Assembly: GCF_003334305.1 (NCBI RefSeq)
Contig: NZ_QOWS01000004.1
Source of the DNA: Escherichia coli
GTDB lineage: Bacteria; Pseudomonadota; Gammaproteobacteria; Enterobacterales; Enterobacteriaceae
Length of the DNA: 64,000 bases
Direction: 5' to 3' (one strand)
Shown: positions 10,732 through 21,832 of the stretch, piece after piece
How the letters are laid out: every line of letters begins with the position of its first letter
Numbering within the stretch: the first letter of the stretch is position 1
Notes under the pieces: model-generated
Databases searched by the model: none
What the model saw: only the letters and a program-made list of their open reading frames with translations
Told to the model about the DNA's origin: nothing
Made by a program: the position numbers and the translations under genes

Positions 10732-12444
10732 TTAATCCCACAAATCGCGCGCCGGATCGAGCACCGGGCGAATGATGCCCGCACGCACCGTAAAGTCGCC
10801 GAAGCCTTCACCCGCTTCGCGCTCTTTCGCCCAGCGCCCTATCAGTTCATCAAGCGACGCCAGGATTTCCGGCTCGGTGATGTTTTCTTTATACATCCGT
10901 GGGATACGTGTCCCAATGCGGTTGCCGCCAAGATGCAGGTTGTAGCGACCCGGCGCTTTACCCACCAGGCCCACTTCCGCCAGCATCGCGCGACCACAAC
11001 CGTTCGGGCAGCCTGTTACACGCATCACGATATGCTCATCGCTGACACCATGTTTCGCCATTAAATTATCGATGTTGTCGATAAAAGACGGCAGGAAACG
11101 CTCTGCTTCCGCCATCGCCAGCGGGCAAGTCGGGAACGAGACGCAGGCCATCGAGTTTTCACGCTGCGGCGTGACGGCATTCATTAACCCGCTCTCTTTG
11201 GCGATCTTCTCGATCTTCGCTTTCTCGCTTTCCGGTACACCGGCGATGATCAGATTCTGGTTCGCCGTAATGCGGAAATCGCCTTTGTGGATCTTCGCGA
11301 TCTCCAGCAGGCCGGTTTTCAGCGGACGCCCCGGATAATCAAGGATGCGACCATTTTCGATAAACAGCGTCAGGTGCCAGTTATCATCAATGCCCTTAAC
11401 CCAGCCAATACGATCGCCTCGTCCGGTGAACTCATATGGACGGATCGGTTCAAATTTGATCCCCGCGCGACGCTCCACTTCCGCTTTAAACGTCTCAACC
11501 CCCACGCGCTCCAGCGTGTATTTGGTTTTGGCATTTTTACGATCGGTTCGGTTACCCCAGTCACGCTGAGTTGTCACGACGGCTTCGGCCACCGCCAGCG
11601 TATGCTCCAGCGGCAGATAGCCAAACTCGCTCGCCGTGCGGGCGTAGGTTTTCTTGTTGCCGTGTTCGATAGAAAGCCCACCGCCCACCAGCAGGTTGAA
11701 GCCTACCAGCTTGCCGTTTTCGGCGATTGCCACGAAGTTCATGTCGTTGGCATGCAGATCGATATCGTTCTGCGGCGGGATCACTACCGTGGTTTTGAAC
11801 TTACGCGGCAGGTAGGTCTGACCAAGGATCGGTTCTTCATCAGTAGTGGCGACTTTTTCCTGGTCGAGCCAGATCTCCGCATACGCGCGGGTACGAGGCA
11901 ACAGATGCTCAGAAATCTTCTTCGCCCACTCGTACGCTTCCGCGTGCAGCTGCGACTCGTAAGGGTTCGAGGTGCAGAGTACGTTACGGTTCATGTCGTT
12001 AGCTGTCGCCAGCGCATCAAGACCGACCGAGTGCAGCATCTGGTGCACCGGTTTGACGTTCTTTTTCAGAATGCCGTGGAACTGAAACGTCTGGCGGTTG
12101 GTCAGGCGAATGCTGCCATAGATGGTGTTTTCACCGGCAAATTTATCGATCGCTTGCCACTGTTTGGTGGTGATCACGCCACCCGGCAGACGACAGCGCA
12201 ACAGCATCGCATGGCGCGGCTCCAGCTTCTGTTCAGCACGTTCGGCGCGGATGTCGCGGTCATCCTGCTGATACATGCCGTGGAAGCGGATCAGCAGGAA
12301 GTTATCGCCCTTAAAGCCGCCGGTCAGACCGTCGTTTAAATCTTCCGCAATGGTGCCGCGCAGGTAGTTGCTTTCAAGCTTCATGCGCTCGGCGTCTGTC
12401 AGTTTACCTTCGACCACTAAAGGCCCTGGATGTTTTTCGCTCAT
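10732..12444 (-). CDS. cysI: Sulfite reductase hemoprotein beta subunit
   Basis: 570-aa ORF; siroheme/4Fe-4S cysteine cluster region CPNGCGR and TGCPNGC. Confidence 0.95.
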   Translation of the reverse strand: MSEKHPGPLVVEGKLTDAERMKLESNYLRGTIAEDLNDGLTGGFKGDNFLLIRFHGMYQQDDRDIRAERAEQKLEPRHAMLLRCRLPGGVITTKQWQAIDKFAGENTIYGSIRLTNRQTFQFHGILKKNVKPVHQMLHSVGLDALATANDMNRNVLCTSNPYESQLHAEAYEWAKKISEHLLPRTRAYAEIWLDQEKVATTDEEPILGQTYLPRKFKTTVVIPPQNDIDLHANDMNFVAIAENGKLVGFNLLVGGGLSIEHGNKKTYARTASEFGYLPLEHTLAVAEAVVTTQRDWGNRTDRKNAKTKYTLERVGVETFKAEVERRAGIKFEPIRPYEFTGRGDRIGWVKGIDDNWHLTLFIENGRILDYPGRPLKTGLLEIAKIHKGDFRITANQNLIIAGVPESEKAKIEKIAKESGLMNAVTPQRENSMACVSFPTCPLAMAEAERFLPSFIDNIDNLMAKHGVSDEHIVMRVTGCPNGCGRAMLAEVGLVGKAPGRYNLHLGGNRIGTRIPRMYKENITEPEILASLDELIGRWAKEREAGEGFGDFTVRAGIIRPVLDPARDLWD

Positions 12445-14243
12445 TAGTAGACATCTCGCTGATAACGGCGCTCTACGCGCAGCTCACTTAAAAATTCATC
12501 CGCCGCTTCGGTGTCCATGCCACCAAATTCGGCAATCACTTCCAGAAGTGCCTGCTCAACGTCTTTCGCCATGCGATTAGCGTCACCGCAGACATAAATA
12601 TGGGCACCGTCATTGATCCAGCGCCACAGCTCCGCGCCCTGTTCGCGCAGTTTGTCTTGTACGTAAACTTTTTCTTTTTGGTCGCGCGACCAGGCGAGAT
12701 CGATCCGCGTCAGCACACCCTCTTTGACGTAGCGCTGCCACTCCACCTGGTAGAGGAAATCTTCCGTAAAGTGCGGGTTGCCAAAGAACAGCCAGTTTTT
12801 ACCCGGTGCTTCGTCGGCAGCACGTTGCTGCATAAAGGCGCGGAACGGCGCGATGCCGGTGCCTGGGCCAATCATAATCACCGGGGTTTCCGGGTTAGCG
12901 GGCAGGCGGAAGTTATCGTTATGTTCGATAAATACGCGGAGTTCGCCCTCTTCTTCCACGCGGTCCGCGAGGAAGCTGGAGGCACCACCGGCACGGGCGC
13001 GGCCTTCCACGTCGTAACGCACCACACCAACGGTGACGTGTACTTCGTTCTCGACTTCCGCCTGCGAGGAGGCGATGGAATACAGACGCGGCGTCAGCGG
13101 GCGCAGCAGATTAATTAGCGCTTCGGCATCAAGCTGTGCCGGGGAGAAACGCACCATGTCAACAATCGGCGTCGTCGCGGCGTAATGCTGTAACTTCGCT
13201 TTATCGCCCACCAGCGGCAGCAGTGTTTCACTGCGGGTAAGCGTGGCGTAATTCTCAACAATGTTGGCGGTGTTGACGGTCAGTTCGAAGTGCCACTGTA
13301 GCGCTTCGTTCAGAGGCAACGTTTTGCCCTCGACGGTGACAGGTTCATCGCCTGTCAGCCACAGCAGTTCGACAAGTTCTTTCACCAGTGCCGGATCGTT
13401 CTGATACCAGACGCCCAGCGCGTCACCCGGCTGGTAACGCAGGCCCGAGTCACCTAAGTCAATTTCGATATGGCGAACGTCTTTTTCAGAGTTACGCCCG
13501 GTAATTTTCTGGTTAACAGAGAGGCTAGCCACCAGTGGCGCGTCTTTGCTGTACGGGCTGGTGTGGATTTCATTTACCGCGCCAGTAGCGACGGATTGCG
13601 AAGGTGCCGCGACAGGCGCACGCGATTTAAGCGCATCAACCACGCGGGCGCGCCACTCGCTGGCAGCAGCCTGGTATTCAACATCGGCATCGACACGGTC
13701 GAGCAGGCGTTCACCGCCCAGTTCCGCCAGCTTGCTGTCGAAATCTTTCCCGGACTGGCAGAAAAATTCATAAGAGCTATCGCCGAGGCTAAACACGGCA
13801 AACGCGGTGTTTTCCAGCTTTGGCGCTTTTTTGGAGAACAGGAACTTATGCAGCGCGACGGCTTCTTCCGGCGGTTCCCCTTCCCCTTGCGTTGACGTCA
13901 CCACGATAAGCAGTTTTTCGCTGGCGATTTGTTTGAATTTATAGTCGCCCGCGTTCACCAGCTTAACGTTCAGTTTTGCCGTCAATAAATCATCGCGTAA
14001 TGCTTCAGCAACCCGGCGCGCATTGCCGGTTTGCGAAGCAGAGATAATAGTTATACCCGGCATTTCTGCGGCTGGCGCTGGCGTCGCTGCAAGCGCAGCA
14101 GGCTGCTGATTGAGCACGCCCCAGAAATAGCCAGAAACCCAGGCAAGCTGGGTGGGAGTTAAATCGGTCGTGGCCGCCTGAAGGCGTGCCAGTTGCTCCG
14201 GGTTCAACGGAAGCAACGCGGAAGGTGGGACCTGTGTCGTCAT
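12444..14243 (-). CDS. cysJ: Sulfite reductase flavoprotein alpha subunit
   Basis: 599-aa ORF with flavodoxin-like N-terminal and FAD/NADPH C-terminal domains; directly upstream of cysI. Confidence 0.95.
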   Translation of the reverse strand: MTTQVPPSALLPLNPEQLARLQAATTDLTPTQLAWVSGYFWGVLNQQPAALAATPAPAAEMPGITIISASQTGNARRVAEALRDDLLTAKLNVKLVNAGDYKFKQIASEKLLIVVTSTQGEGEPPEEAVALHKFLFSKKAPKLENTAFAVFSLGDSSYEFFCQSGKDFDSKLAELGGERLLDRVDADVEYQAAASEWRARVVDALKSRAPVAAPSQSVATGAVNEIHTSPYSKDAPLVASLSVNQKITGRNSEKDVRHIEIDLGDSGLRYQPGDALGVWYQNDPALVKELVELLWLTGDEPVTVEGKTLPLNEALQWHFELTVNTANIVENYATLTRSETLLPLVGDKAKLQHYAATTPIVDMVRFSPAQLDAEALINLLRPLTPRLYSIASSQAEVENEVHVTVGVVRYDVEGRARAGGASSFLADRVEEEGELRVFIEHNDNFRLPANPETPVIMIGPGTGIAPFRAFMQQRAADEAPGKNWLFFGNPHFTEDFLYQVEWQRYVKEGVLTRIDLAWSRDQKEKVYVQDKLREQGAELWRWINDGAHIYVCGDANRMAKDVEQALLEVIAEFGGMDTEAADEFLSELRVERRYQRDVY

Positions 14244-14558
14244 GCGTCGTTATGTTCCAGTAAGCAAAGCTGTTTCTGCGCCCTGTCAGCGCCCATAAAA
14301 CAGAAGAGAAGGTAAGGTTAACGGGGCAAATGGTGTGGATTAAAGACGGGATAGCGATAACTAATAACCAAATCGACTAACCTGTTTTAGCAATAGTCTT
14401 TAACAACAAAATAGATTAACCAACCCAATGAAAAACAAATGAATTTAGCCAATCATTAAGATAAATCAGCGATTTTGCGCAACAAAGTCGTTTTAGATAA
14501 TGCGAAAAAACAGCCTTTCCGGTACTCTACGGCGGTTTTATCGTCCTGTAGAGAAATT
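14244..14558. promoter_or_regulatory. Divergent cysJIH / queD promoter region (CysB-dependent cysJ promoter expected here)
   Basis: 315-nt AT-rich intergenic region between divergent cysJ and queD; individual sites not resolved by eye. Confidence 0.5.
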
Positions 14559-14924
14559 ATGATGTCCACCACGTTATTTAAAGATTTCACCTTCGAAGCC
14601 GCTCACCGCTTACCACACGTCCCGGAAGGGCATAAATGTGGTCGCCTGCACGGGCATTCCTTTATGGTGCGACTGGAAATTACCGGGGAAGTCGATCCGC
14701 ATACGGGCTGGATTATCGATTTCGCTGAACTAAAAGCGGCGTTTAAACCAACCTACGAGCGCCTCGATCACCATTATCTCAATGATATTCCAGGTCTGGA
14801 AAACCCAACCAGCGAGGTTTTAGCAAAATGGATTTGGGATCAGGTTAAACCCGTTGTGCCGCTGTTAAGTGCGGTGATGGTAAAAGAAACCTGTACCGCA
14901 GGTTGTATCTATCGCGGCGAATGA
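14559..14924 (+). CDS. queD: 6-carboxy-5,6,7,8-tetrahydropterin synthase (queuosine biosynthesis)
   Basis: 121 aa from [35 protein letters not shown]... Confidence 0.93.
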   Translation: MMSTTLFKDFTFEAAHRLPHVPEGHKCGRLHGHSFMVRLEITGEVDPHTGWIIDFAELKAAFKPTYERLDHHYLNDIPGLENPTSEVLAKWIWDQVKPVVPLLSAVMVKETCTAGCIYRGE

Positions 14925-15001
14925 TAAGAGTGTGTCGGCGGTCAATTTCCCTTAAGTAACGCTATGTTAGGGTGTTGTGTTCTGGATATCTGGGGCATGA
15001 C

Positions 15002-16273
15002 ATGGAAGACGACTGCGACATTATTATTATTGGTGCCGGTATTGCAGGCACCGCTTGCGCGTTACGCTGCGCACGAGCGGGTTTATCCGTTTTGTTACTG
15101 GAACGCGCTGAAATCCCCGGCAGCAAAAATCTTTCCGGCGGGCGGTTATATACCCATGCACTCGCGGAACTCCTCCCGCAATTTCATCTGACCGCGCCTC
15201 TTGAACGACGCATCACTCACGAAAGCCTTTCCCTGTTAACGCCCGATGGCGTAACGACGTTTTCCAGCTTACAGCCCGGCGGTGAATCCTGGAGTGTATT
15301 ACGTGCACGGTTCGATCCGTGGCTGGTTGCCGAAGCCGAAAAAGAAGGTGTCGAATGCATCCCCGGAGCGACGGTGGATGCACTGTATGAAGAAAACGGC
15401 AGGGTGTGTGGTGTCATTTGTGGTGACGATATTCTCCGCGCCCGTTATGTGGTGCTGGCAGAAGGTGCCAACAGCGTCCTGGCTGAACGTCACGGATTAG
15501 TGACTCGTCCTGCTGGCGAAGCGATGGCGTTGGGGATCAAAGAAGTGCTGTCGCTGGAAACATCCGCTATTGAAGAACGTTTTCATCTGGAGAATAACGA
15601 AGGCGCAGCGTTGCTGTTCAGCGGCAGGATCTGTGATGACTTACCCGGCGGCGCATTTCTTTATACTAATCAACAAACGCTCTCGTTAGGGATTGTTTGC
15701 CCGCTCTCTTCCCTTACGCAAAGTCGTGTTCCGGCAAGCGAGCTGCTGACTCGCTTTAAAGCGCATCCGGCAGTGCGCCCGCTTATCAAAAACACGGAAT
15801 CACTGGAGTATGGTGCGCATCTGGTGCCAGAAGGTGGCTTGCACAGTATGCCGGTGCAATACGCCGGTAACGGCTGGCTGCTGGTGGGCGATGCGTTGCG
15901 CAGTTGCGTCAATACCGGAATTTCCGTGCGCGGCATGGATATGGCGCTGACTGGCGCGCAGGCGGCGGCACAAACGCTGATAAGCGCCTGCCAGCACCGC
16001 GAGCCGCAAAATCTGTTTGCGCTTTATCATCACAACGTAGAGCGCAGCCTGCTATGGGATGTTCTACAACGTTATCAGCATGTTCCGGCGCTTTTGCAAC
16101 GCCCTGGCTGGTATCGGGCGTGGCCTGCGTTAATGCAGGATATTTCCCGCGATTTATGGGATCAGGGTGATAAACCTGTTCCACCGCTGCGCCAGTTATT
16201 CTGGCGTCATTTACGTCGTCATGGCCTGTGGCATCTGGCGGGCGATGTTATCAGGAGTCTGCGATGTCTGTAG
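15002..16273 (+). CDS. ygcN: FAD-dependent oxidoreductase, FixC / ETF-quinone oxidoreductase-like
   Basis: Start at MEDDCDIIIIGAGIAGTACAL (Rossmann GxGxxG at N-terminus), 423 aa; alternative start at 14972. Confidence 0.85.
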   Translation: MEDDCDIIIIGAGIAGTACALRCARAGLSVLLLERAEIPGSKNLSGGRLYTHALAELLPQFHLTAPLERRITHESLSLLTPDGVTTFSSLQPGGESWSVLRARFDPWLVAEAEKEGVECIPGATVDALYEENGRVCGVICGDDILRARYVVLAEGANSVLAERHGLVTRPAGEAMALGIKEVLSLETSAIEERFHLENNEGAALLFSGRICDDLPGGAFLYTNQQTLSLGIVCPLSSLTQSRVPASELLTRFKAHPAVRPLIKNTESLEYGAHLVPEGGLHSMPVQYAGNGWLLVGDALRSCVNTGISVRGMDMALTGAQAAAQTLISACQHREPQNLFALYHHNVERSLLWDVLQRYQHVPALLQRPGWYRAWPALMQDISRDLWDQGDKPVPPLRQLFWRHLRRHGLWHLAGDVIRSLRCL

Positions 16274-16524
16274 CCCATAATCTCTGGCGCGTTGCTGATG
16301 CGCCGCACATTGTTCCGGCTGACTCCGTTGAGCGTCAGATGGTACAACGGTTGATTAACGCCTGTCCGGCAGGTCTTTTTTCGCTCACACCGGAAGGTGA
16401 CTTACGCGTTGATTATCACGGCTGCCTGGAGTGTGGCACCTGCCGTTTGCTGTGCGACGAATCCACACTACAACAGTGGCGCTATCCGCCTTCCGGATTC
16501 GGCATCACCTACCGCTTTGGATAA
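16264..16524 (+). CDS. ygcO: Ferredoxin-like protein (FixX-like)
   Basis: 86 aa MSVAHNLWRV... with cysteine motif CLECGTCRLLC; overlaps ygcN stop. Confidence 0.85.
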   Translation: MSVAHNLWRVADAPHIVPADSVERQMVQRLINACPAGLFSLTPEGDLRVDYHGCLECGTCRLLCDESTLQQWRYPPSGFGITYRFG

Positions 16525-16540
16525 ATAATAAGGATAATTT

Positions 16541-17116
16541 ATGCCCCTCTTACACCTGCTCCGCCAGAATCCGGTGATTGCTGCCGTTAAAGATAATGCC
16601 AGCCTGCAACTGGCAATCGACTCTGAATGCCAGTTTATTTCCGTGTTGTACGGCAATATCTGCACCATCAGTAATATCGTTAAAAAGATTAAGAACGCCG
16701 GGAAATATGCTTTTATTCATGTTGATTTGCTGGAAGGCGCGTCAAATAAAGAAGTCGTGATTCAGTTTTTGAAACTGGTGACCGAGGCGGACGGCATTAT
16801 CAGTACCAAAGCCTCAATGTTGAAAGCGGCAAGAGCGGAAGGTTTTTTCTGTATTCATCGCCTGTTTATTGTTGATTCAATTTCGTTTCACAACATTGAT
16901 AAGCAAGTTGCGCAATCGAATCCGGATTGTATTGAGATCCTGCCAGGCTGTATGCCCAAAGTGCTGGGCTGGGTGACAGAGAAAATCCGCCAACCGCTGA
17001 TTGCCGGTGGGCTGGTGTGCGATGAAGAAGATGCGCGTAATGCGATTAACGCGGGTGTCGTGGCGCTTTCCACCACGAATACCGGGGTCTGGACGTTAGC
17101 GAAAAAATTACTTTGA
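16541..17116 (+). CDS. ygcP: GlpP-family (glycerol-3-phosphate-responsive antiterminator-like) regulator
   Basis: 191-aa ORF MPLLHLLRQNPVIAAVKDNASLQ...; family assignment recalled from K-12 annotation, not re-derived by alignment. Confidence 0.75.
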   Translation: MPLLHLLRQNPVIAAVKDNASLQLAIDSECQFISVLYGNICTISNIVKKIKNAGKYAFIHVDLLEGASNKEVVIQFLKLVTEADGIISTKASMLKAARAEGFFCIHRLFIVDSISFHNIDKQVAQSNPDCIEILPGCMPKVLGWVTEKIRQPLIAGGLVCDEEDARNAINAGVVALSTTNTGVWTLAKKLL

Positions 17117-17152
17117 CGGGATAATCGTAACCAATTGAATTTGGTTTGATTT

Positions 17153-17222
17153 GTAGGCCGCACGCCACATCCGACATTCAGCGCCTGATGCGACGCTTGA
17201 CGCGTCTTATCAGGCCTACAAG
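17153..17222. repeat. REP element pair between convergent ygcP and ygcQ
   Basis: GTAGGCCGCACGCC...GCCTGATGCGACGCTTGACGCGTCTTATCAGGCCTAC. Confidence 0.8.
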
Positions 17223-17263
17223 TCCCCAGGCCAGAACCGTAGGCAGGATCATCCGGCAACACG

Positions 17264-18124
17264 TTATTGGCAATCTGCGTGAATGTTTGTCACCAGTGCC
17301 TCCAGCACCACTTTCCAGTCATCAACCACGCCAACATCTGCCTGTGAAAATACCGCAGCGCTGGCGTCATGATTAATCGCCACCACAAACTTGCTATTGC
17401 GTACGCCCGCCATTAACGCTGCTGCGCCAGAAGCGCCAACAACAATACACACCTCAGGTGCCAGCAGATGTCCGGAAATACCAATCACTTTTTCAGCATC
17501 AACGCCACCGTTCATCACTCGCGCCCGACTGTAGCCCACTTCGGCTCCCAGCTTTTCTGCCAGCATAGCGATTTCCTGGTTATCTGCCTCTCCGCCCTGC
17601 CCCACCACCAGCACCCGTCTGGCCTCAGCTAATGGGTCGCGAGTAACATTTTTCAGATCCTCTGTGCTAACCAGCCAGTCGGGAAGCGCACCCGGGACAA
17701 TGTTCAGTTGTTGCATTCCAGAGGGCAACGTGGCGTTTTTCGCTGCTCCCGCCTGACGCGCCAGGGAAAGGCATAGCGGGCGTTTTTCTGTTTGCAGCGT
17801 CGCCGTTAGCGCATTTCCCCAGTGGGATTTGCGCACGCTTACGGTTGGAATATCTAACGAAGTCACCTGGCAGATGCTTGCACCATGTAAACGCCAGGCC
17901 AGCCGGGTCGACAGTTCATCGCCAAACGTTCCCGGCGGAAAGAGAACAACGTCCGCAGGCGTTCGCTGCCACTGTTCCACCAACGCATCCAGCACCTGTT
18001 CCGCCACTACAGGCTGAGGTTCAATCTGCCAGTGCGCCAGGGTACAACCGCTGAAATCCTGCGCCGCCAGCCAGCTTGCTATTGCGGCATTCTCCTGATT
18101 TATTGTCACAATTGCGATATTCAT
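17264..18124 (-). CDS. ygcQ: Electron transfer flavoprotein alpha subunit-like (FixB-like)
   Basis: 286 aa from MNIAIVTINQ...; start overlaps ygcR stop (ATGA). Confidence 0.85.
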   Translation of the reverse strand: MNIAIVTINQENAAIASWLAAQDFSGCTLAHWQIEPQPVVAEQVLDALVEQWQRTPADVVLFPPGTFGDELSTRLAWRLHGASICQVTSLDIPTVSVRKSHWGNALTATLQTEKRPLCLSLARQAGAAKNATLPSGMQQLNIVPGALPDWLVSTEDLKNVTRDPLAEARRVLVVGQGGEADNQEIAMLAEKLGAEVGYSRARVMNGGVDAEKVIGISGHLLAPEVCIVVGASGAAALMAGVRNSKFVVAINHDASAAVFSQADVGVVDDWKVVLEALVTNIHADCQ

Positions 18125-18900
18125 GGCTGCATCCTTTGGCGTAAATAGTCCTGCCATAGCTTTTGAGCTTTTTCTGCTACCGTTTGCCCATCAATCAGCG
18201 TCGCTCCGCGTCGTTGCTCTGCTCTTGCCAGTTGCAGACACTGCATCGCTGGCATTTCGGCAGCAACAGTTTTACGGATAATTTCTGCTTTCCCCGCAGC
18301 CATTCGCTGGCGCATTCCCGGTACTGGCAAGGCCACTTCACCGCACTGACGCACGGCAATCACCGCAGGCAAGCGAACCCGGCAACAACGCAAACCATGT
18401 TCAGTACGCTGTTCGAGGGTGATAAACAGCGCGTCGAGAGTGAAACGCTCCACCTGGGTGAAGCAGGGCCAGCCCAGCATTTCCGCCAGCAAAAATGGCG
18501 TTTGCCCATTCTGCCCTTCGCTGCTTTGGCAGCCGGTAATTATCAGATCCAGCGGATTCTGATGCTGCCATTCGGCAATATGGCGAGCGACAAATTCCGG
18601 CGCAAAGCGCAGATCTGCCGCCGTCTCCAGCAATACAGCTTCCTCAAACCCAAGAGCCATGAGATAGCGCAGCCAGTGCAATGCCCGTTCATCCCCCATG
18701 CTCAACGCGGTTAAAGACATCGGCGTACCGTTTTTTCTCTGCGCCAACAGCAGCGCGGCAGCGGCCTGTTCATCAGCACCGAGTAAACTTCGCAGTAGCG
18801 AAATATCCGGTCCGCTTTTACCCTGAGCCGCCGCCTGCCACTCTTTTTCCGCCAGCATTCCGGCATCCGGTTCGGCTTTAAACGCTAACAGAATGTTCAT
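18121..18900 (-). CDS. ygcR: Electron transfer flavoprotein beta subunit-like (FixA-like)
   Basis: 259 aa from MNILLAFKAEPDAGML...; the ORF offers ATG two codons upstream as well. Confidence 0.85.
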   Translation of the reverse strand: MNILLAFKAEPDAGMLAEKEWQAAAQGKSGPDISLLRSLLGADEQAAAALLLAQRKNGTPMSLTALSMGDERALHWLRYLMALGFEEAVLLETAADLRFAPEFVARHIAEWQHQNPLDLIITGCQSSEGQNGQTPFLLAEMLGWPCFTQVERFTLDALFITLEQRTEHGLRCCRVRLPAVIAVRQCGEVALPVPGMRQRMAAGKAEIIRKTVAAEMPAMQCLQLARAEQRRGATLIDGQTVAEKAQKLWQDYLRQRMQP

Positions 18901-20215
18901 TCGCACCTCCTACATTTCCCGCCGCCACCAGCGGGAGGGCTTTAGTTTCTGGTGCCCATAGCCAGGTCACAACAAAACCAACCAACAACACTGTCGCCAG
19001 GAGCAATAAGGTGACTTGCATTCCCCACTGCGCCAGCACCCACGGCAGCAGGCCAGTACTTACCGCCGCGCCAAGTCGACTCATGGCGGTGGCAAAACCG
19101 ACGCCCAGCGAGCGAATGTCAGTAGGAAAACTTTCCGCAGGCAAAATGCCCACCAGATTACTGACTGCCGAAATGGTGGTGCTGAAGAGAACAAAAAGCA
19201 GCAGCGTTAATGAACTGCCGGAAGGCAAACAGGCCATGACTACCAGCGTTGCCGCCAGCAGCAAAAAACTTCCCAGCAAAAATTTGCGATGTGCCAGCAG
19301 GTGCGTCAGAACTAATCCCAGCAGCGCGCCCACAATTAACAACGCATTAAGCATCAGGCTGGCAGTCAGCGCATCTTCCAGACCAATAGTCTGGGCGATA
19401 GTTGGCAGCCAGGTATAAATCACAAACCATGGGATTACGAGGCAGACAAAGAAGACGCTGTTAAACGCCGTTCGCCGCCAGTAACGCGAAGAGAACAAGG
19501 TTTTGATGTGTTTATGGGTCGCCGTTACCACTTCATCGCCCAGTAAAACATGGGGACCAAAATAGCGATGCACGATAGCGTGAGCTTCTGCAAAACGCCC
19601 CTGGCGCAGTAGCCAGCGTGGTGATTCTGGCGTTCCCCAGCGTAATAACGTAATCAACAACGCGGGCAGAGCTGCCGATGCCAGTAGCCAGCGCCAGGCC
19701 TCCGGGTTTTCGGAAATAAAGTGATGTCCGGCAATACTTGCCAGCACATAGCCTACGGTCCACACCACGCTGAATGCGCCCAGCAAAATACCGCGATGGC
19801 GGCGCGGGGAAAATTCAGCCAGCAAGGTGTGACCTACTGAATAATCGCCTCCCAGACCAATGCCAATCAAAATGCGCAGTCCAATAAGATGCTCTGGCGT
19901 GGTGGCAAAAAATTGTAAAAACGAAGCAAGCGTAATCAGCAAAAAGCTGAAGGTGAAGATTTTTTGCCGACCAATATGGTCGGAGATCCACCCAAGAACC
20001 AGGCTGCCAAGGAACAAACCAAGGAGCGCCGAGCCGCCGATCATTCCCGCCATAAACGGCGTCAGTTGCATGGCGGGCGTAAGCTGAATAATGGCGTAAC
20101 CAATGACGCCGAGAACATAACCGTCGGTCAGGTGTGCGCCGAAAGTGAGCGCAGCAATGCGGCAGTGAAAACGGTTAAGCGGTAAATCATCCATTCGCAC
20201 CGGTGAAGTGTTCAT
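18878..20215 (-). CDS. ygcS: MFS transporter
   Basis: 445 aa from MNTSPVRMDD...; multiple hydrophobic spans; start choice by length, the ORF extends to 20287. Confidence 0.8.
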   Translation of the reverse strand: MNTSPVRMDDLPLNRFHCRIAALTFGAHLTDGYVLGVIGYAIIQLTPAMQLTPFMAGMIGGSALLGLFLGSLVLGWISDHIGRQKIFTFSFLLITLASFLQFFATTPEHLIGLRILIGIGLGGDYSVGHTLLAEFSPRRHRGILLGAFSVVWTVGYVLASIAGHHFISENPEAWRWLLASAALPALLITLLRWGTPESPRWLLRQGRFAEAHAIVHRYFGPHVLLGDEVVTATHKHIKTLFSSRYWRRTAFNSVFFVCLVIPWFVIYTWLPTIAQTIGLEDALTASLMLNALLIVGALLGLVLTHLLAHRKFLLGSFLLLAATLVVMACLPSGSSLTLLLFVLFSTTISAVSNLVGILPAESFPTDIRSLGVGFATAMSRLGAAVSTGLLPWVLAQWGMQVTLLLLATVLLVGFVVTWLWAPETKALPLVAAGNVGGANEHSVSV

Positions 20216-20308
20216 CTTTACCCCTTCATTGTCCGGTAATAAGAACGGCTTCTCGCCTGAGAAGCCGAAAAGGCAACGCCCCGTCATCGCGGAACGCTGC
20301 CTGACACA

Positions 20309-21763
20309 TTATTTTTCAATCGGATAGATAGTACCCGTATTCATAATGCCATTAGGATCGAACTGCTTTTTCAGCCCTTCCAGCAACGCCCACGCGCTGC
20401 CGTGTTCCAGTTTGCTCCAGTGAACGCGATGTTTACCGATACCGTGGTGGTGCACCATCGAACCGCCGAGGCGAATGGTTTCTTCACAGATGATCTTGTT
20501 GAGCGGATTGTGGTACTTGTCGATTTCCTCTTCCGGCTTACAGTCAACGACGTTGTAATCGTAGACGAAGTACATGTTGGTGCCGTTCTGATAGCTATGA
20601 GAGGAATGACCGCCCAGCATGGTGATGTCGTCGGCGTGCGGGAACTCAGTACGAATACGGTTAATAACGCTTTCGTAGATTTCGTGGATGCAGCTCCAGC
20701 AGCCGGACACTTCAGTGGTAAAGCCCATGTTGCCGGTTTTGAGGATCTGCACACGTTCGGCAGCCACTTTATCCGGTCCCCAGTTCAGGTTGTTAAACCA
20801 GGTTTCGATCAGCTTGCTGTCCACGCGCTGGCATTGCGGGTAGCGGGCAACGATTTCCGCAATCCCTTCGCCCGTCGCCTTCGCAATGCGAGGGTTACCT
20901 TCAGCCATAAAGATCAGCACGCATTTTCCGTCTGCAAAATGGGTGAAGTGTTGGGTGCCATCTTCAGCGTCATACAAACGAGCGATCGACGGACGATACC
21001 CTTCCACCATGACTTCACGCAGGATGTTGAAGCCGGTTTTCATGTCTTCCAGGATATAGCCGTAGAAGAGGTTGTTTTCCGGGGTGAATTTAAAGATTTT
21101 CACTGTTACTTCAGTGATATAGCAAAGTGCACCTTCGTTACCGATGATGATGTGGCGAATGTCCGGGCCAGCCGCGCGGCGTGGCACGTTTTTAATGCGT
21201 GTGACGGTGCCATCAGCCAATACTGCTTCCAGACCAACGACCATATCTTCGATTGCGCCGTAGAGTGTGGAGAACTGCCCGATACTGCGGGTTGCTACCA
21301 GGCCGCCCATCTGAGCCAGCGGCTTTGACTGCGGAGAATGCCCCGTGGTGTAACCTTTTTCACGCAACGCATTTTCCAGCACCTCCAGCGGAACGCCACA
21401 TTGCGCCGTCGCCTGCATATTCTCAATATCAATATTAATGATTTGATTCATGGCGGAGCCGTCGAGCACCACCGAGTTTTCCACAACGGTTTCCAGCCCA
21501 CCTTCAGTGGCGGAAGCGCCGGTACGCGGCACACCGTTAATTTTGTGCGCATTCATAAAATTCAGCACACGGGAGACTTGTTCTGTGGAACCGAGTTTTA
21601 CGACCGCTGCCGGAATCGGCAAAGTATAAATACCATGAATATCCGGAAATTTACGAAAACGGTCAATACTGTTCTTCTTTAATACTGTTTCATCGGTAAT
21701 TACGCGATCTGCACCAACAATTTCCTTTAGCTGGTCGACAATCGCTGCGCGAGATAAAGACAT
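20309..21763 (-). CDS. ygcU: FAD-linked oxidase (alkyl-DHAP synthase / D-lactate dehydrogenase-like)
   Basis: 484-aa ORF with FAD-binding PCMH-type region. Confidence 0.85.
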   Translation of the reverse strand: MSLSRAAIVDQLKEIVGADRVITDETVLKKNSIDRFRKFPDIHGIYTLPIPAAVVKLGSTEQVSRVLNFMNAHKINGVPRTGASATEGGLETVVENSVVLDGSAMNQIINIDIENMQATAQCGVPLEVLENALREKGYTTGHSPQSKPLAQMGGLVATRSIGQFSTLYGAIEDMVVGLEAVLADGTVTRIKNVPRRAAGPDIRHIIIGNEGALCYITEVTVKIFKFTPENNLFYGYILEDMKTGFNILREVMVEGYRPSIARLYDAEDGTQHFTHFADGKCVLIFMAEGNPRIAKATGEGIAEIVARYPQCQRVDSKLIETWFNNLNWGPDKVAAERVQILKTGNMGFTTEVSGCWSCIHEIYESVINRIRTEFPHADDITMLGGHSSHSYQNGTNMYFVYDYNVVDCKPEEEIDKYHNPLNKIICEETIRLGGSMVHHHGIGKHRVHWSKLEHGSAWALLEGLKKQFDPNGIMNTGTIYPIEK

Positions 21764-21832
21764 AGTAATTCCTTCCTGATAATAAAAATGGAATAATCAT
21801 TAATAAGAGAAAACAGAAACCACCGTTATGGA

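Noticed and set aside
10659-10811. N-terminal extension of the cysH ORF
   Set aside because: Runs through the REP element; the canonical MSKLDLNAL start gives the expected 244 aa.
11287-12339. 350-aa plus-strand ORF inside cysI
   Set aside because: Antisense to a well-supported cysI; low-complexity Arg/Val-rich translation typical of antisense frames.
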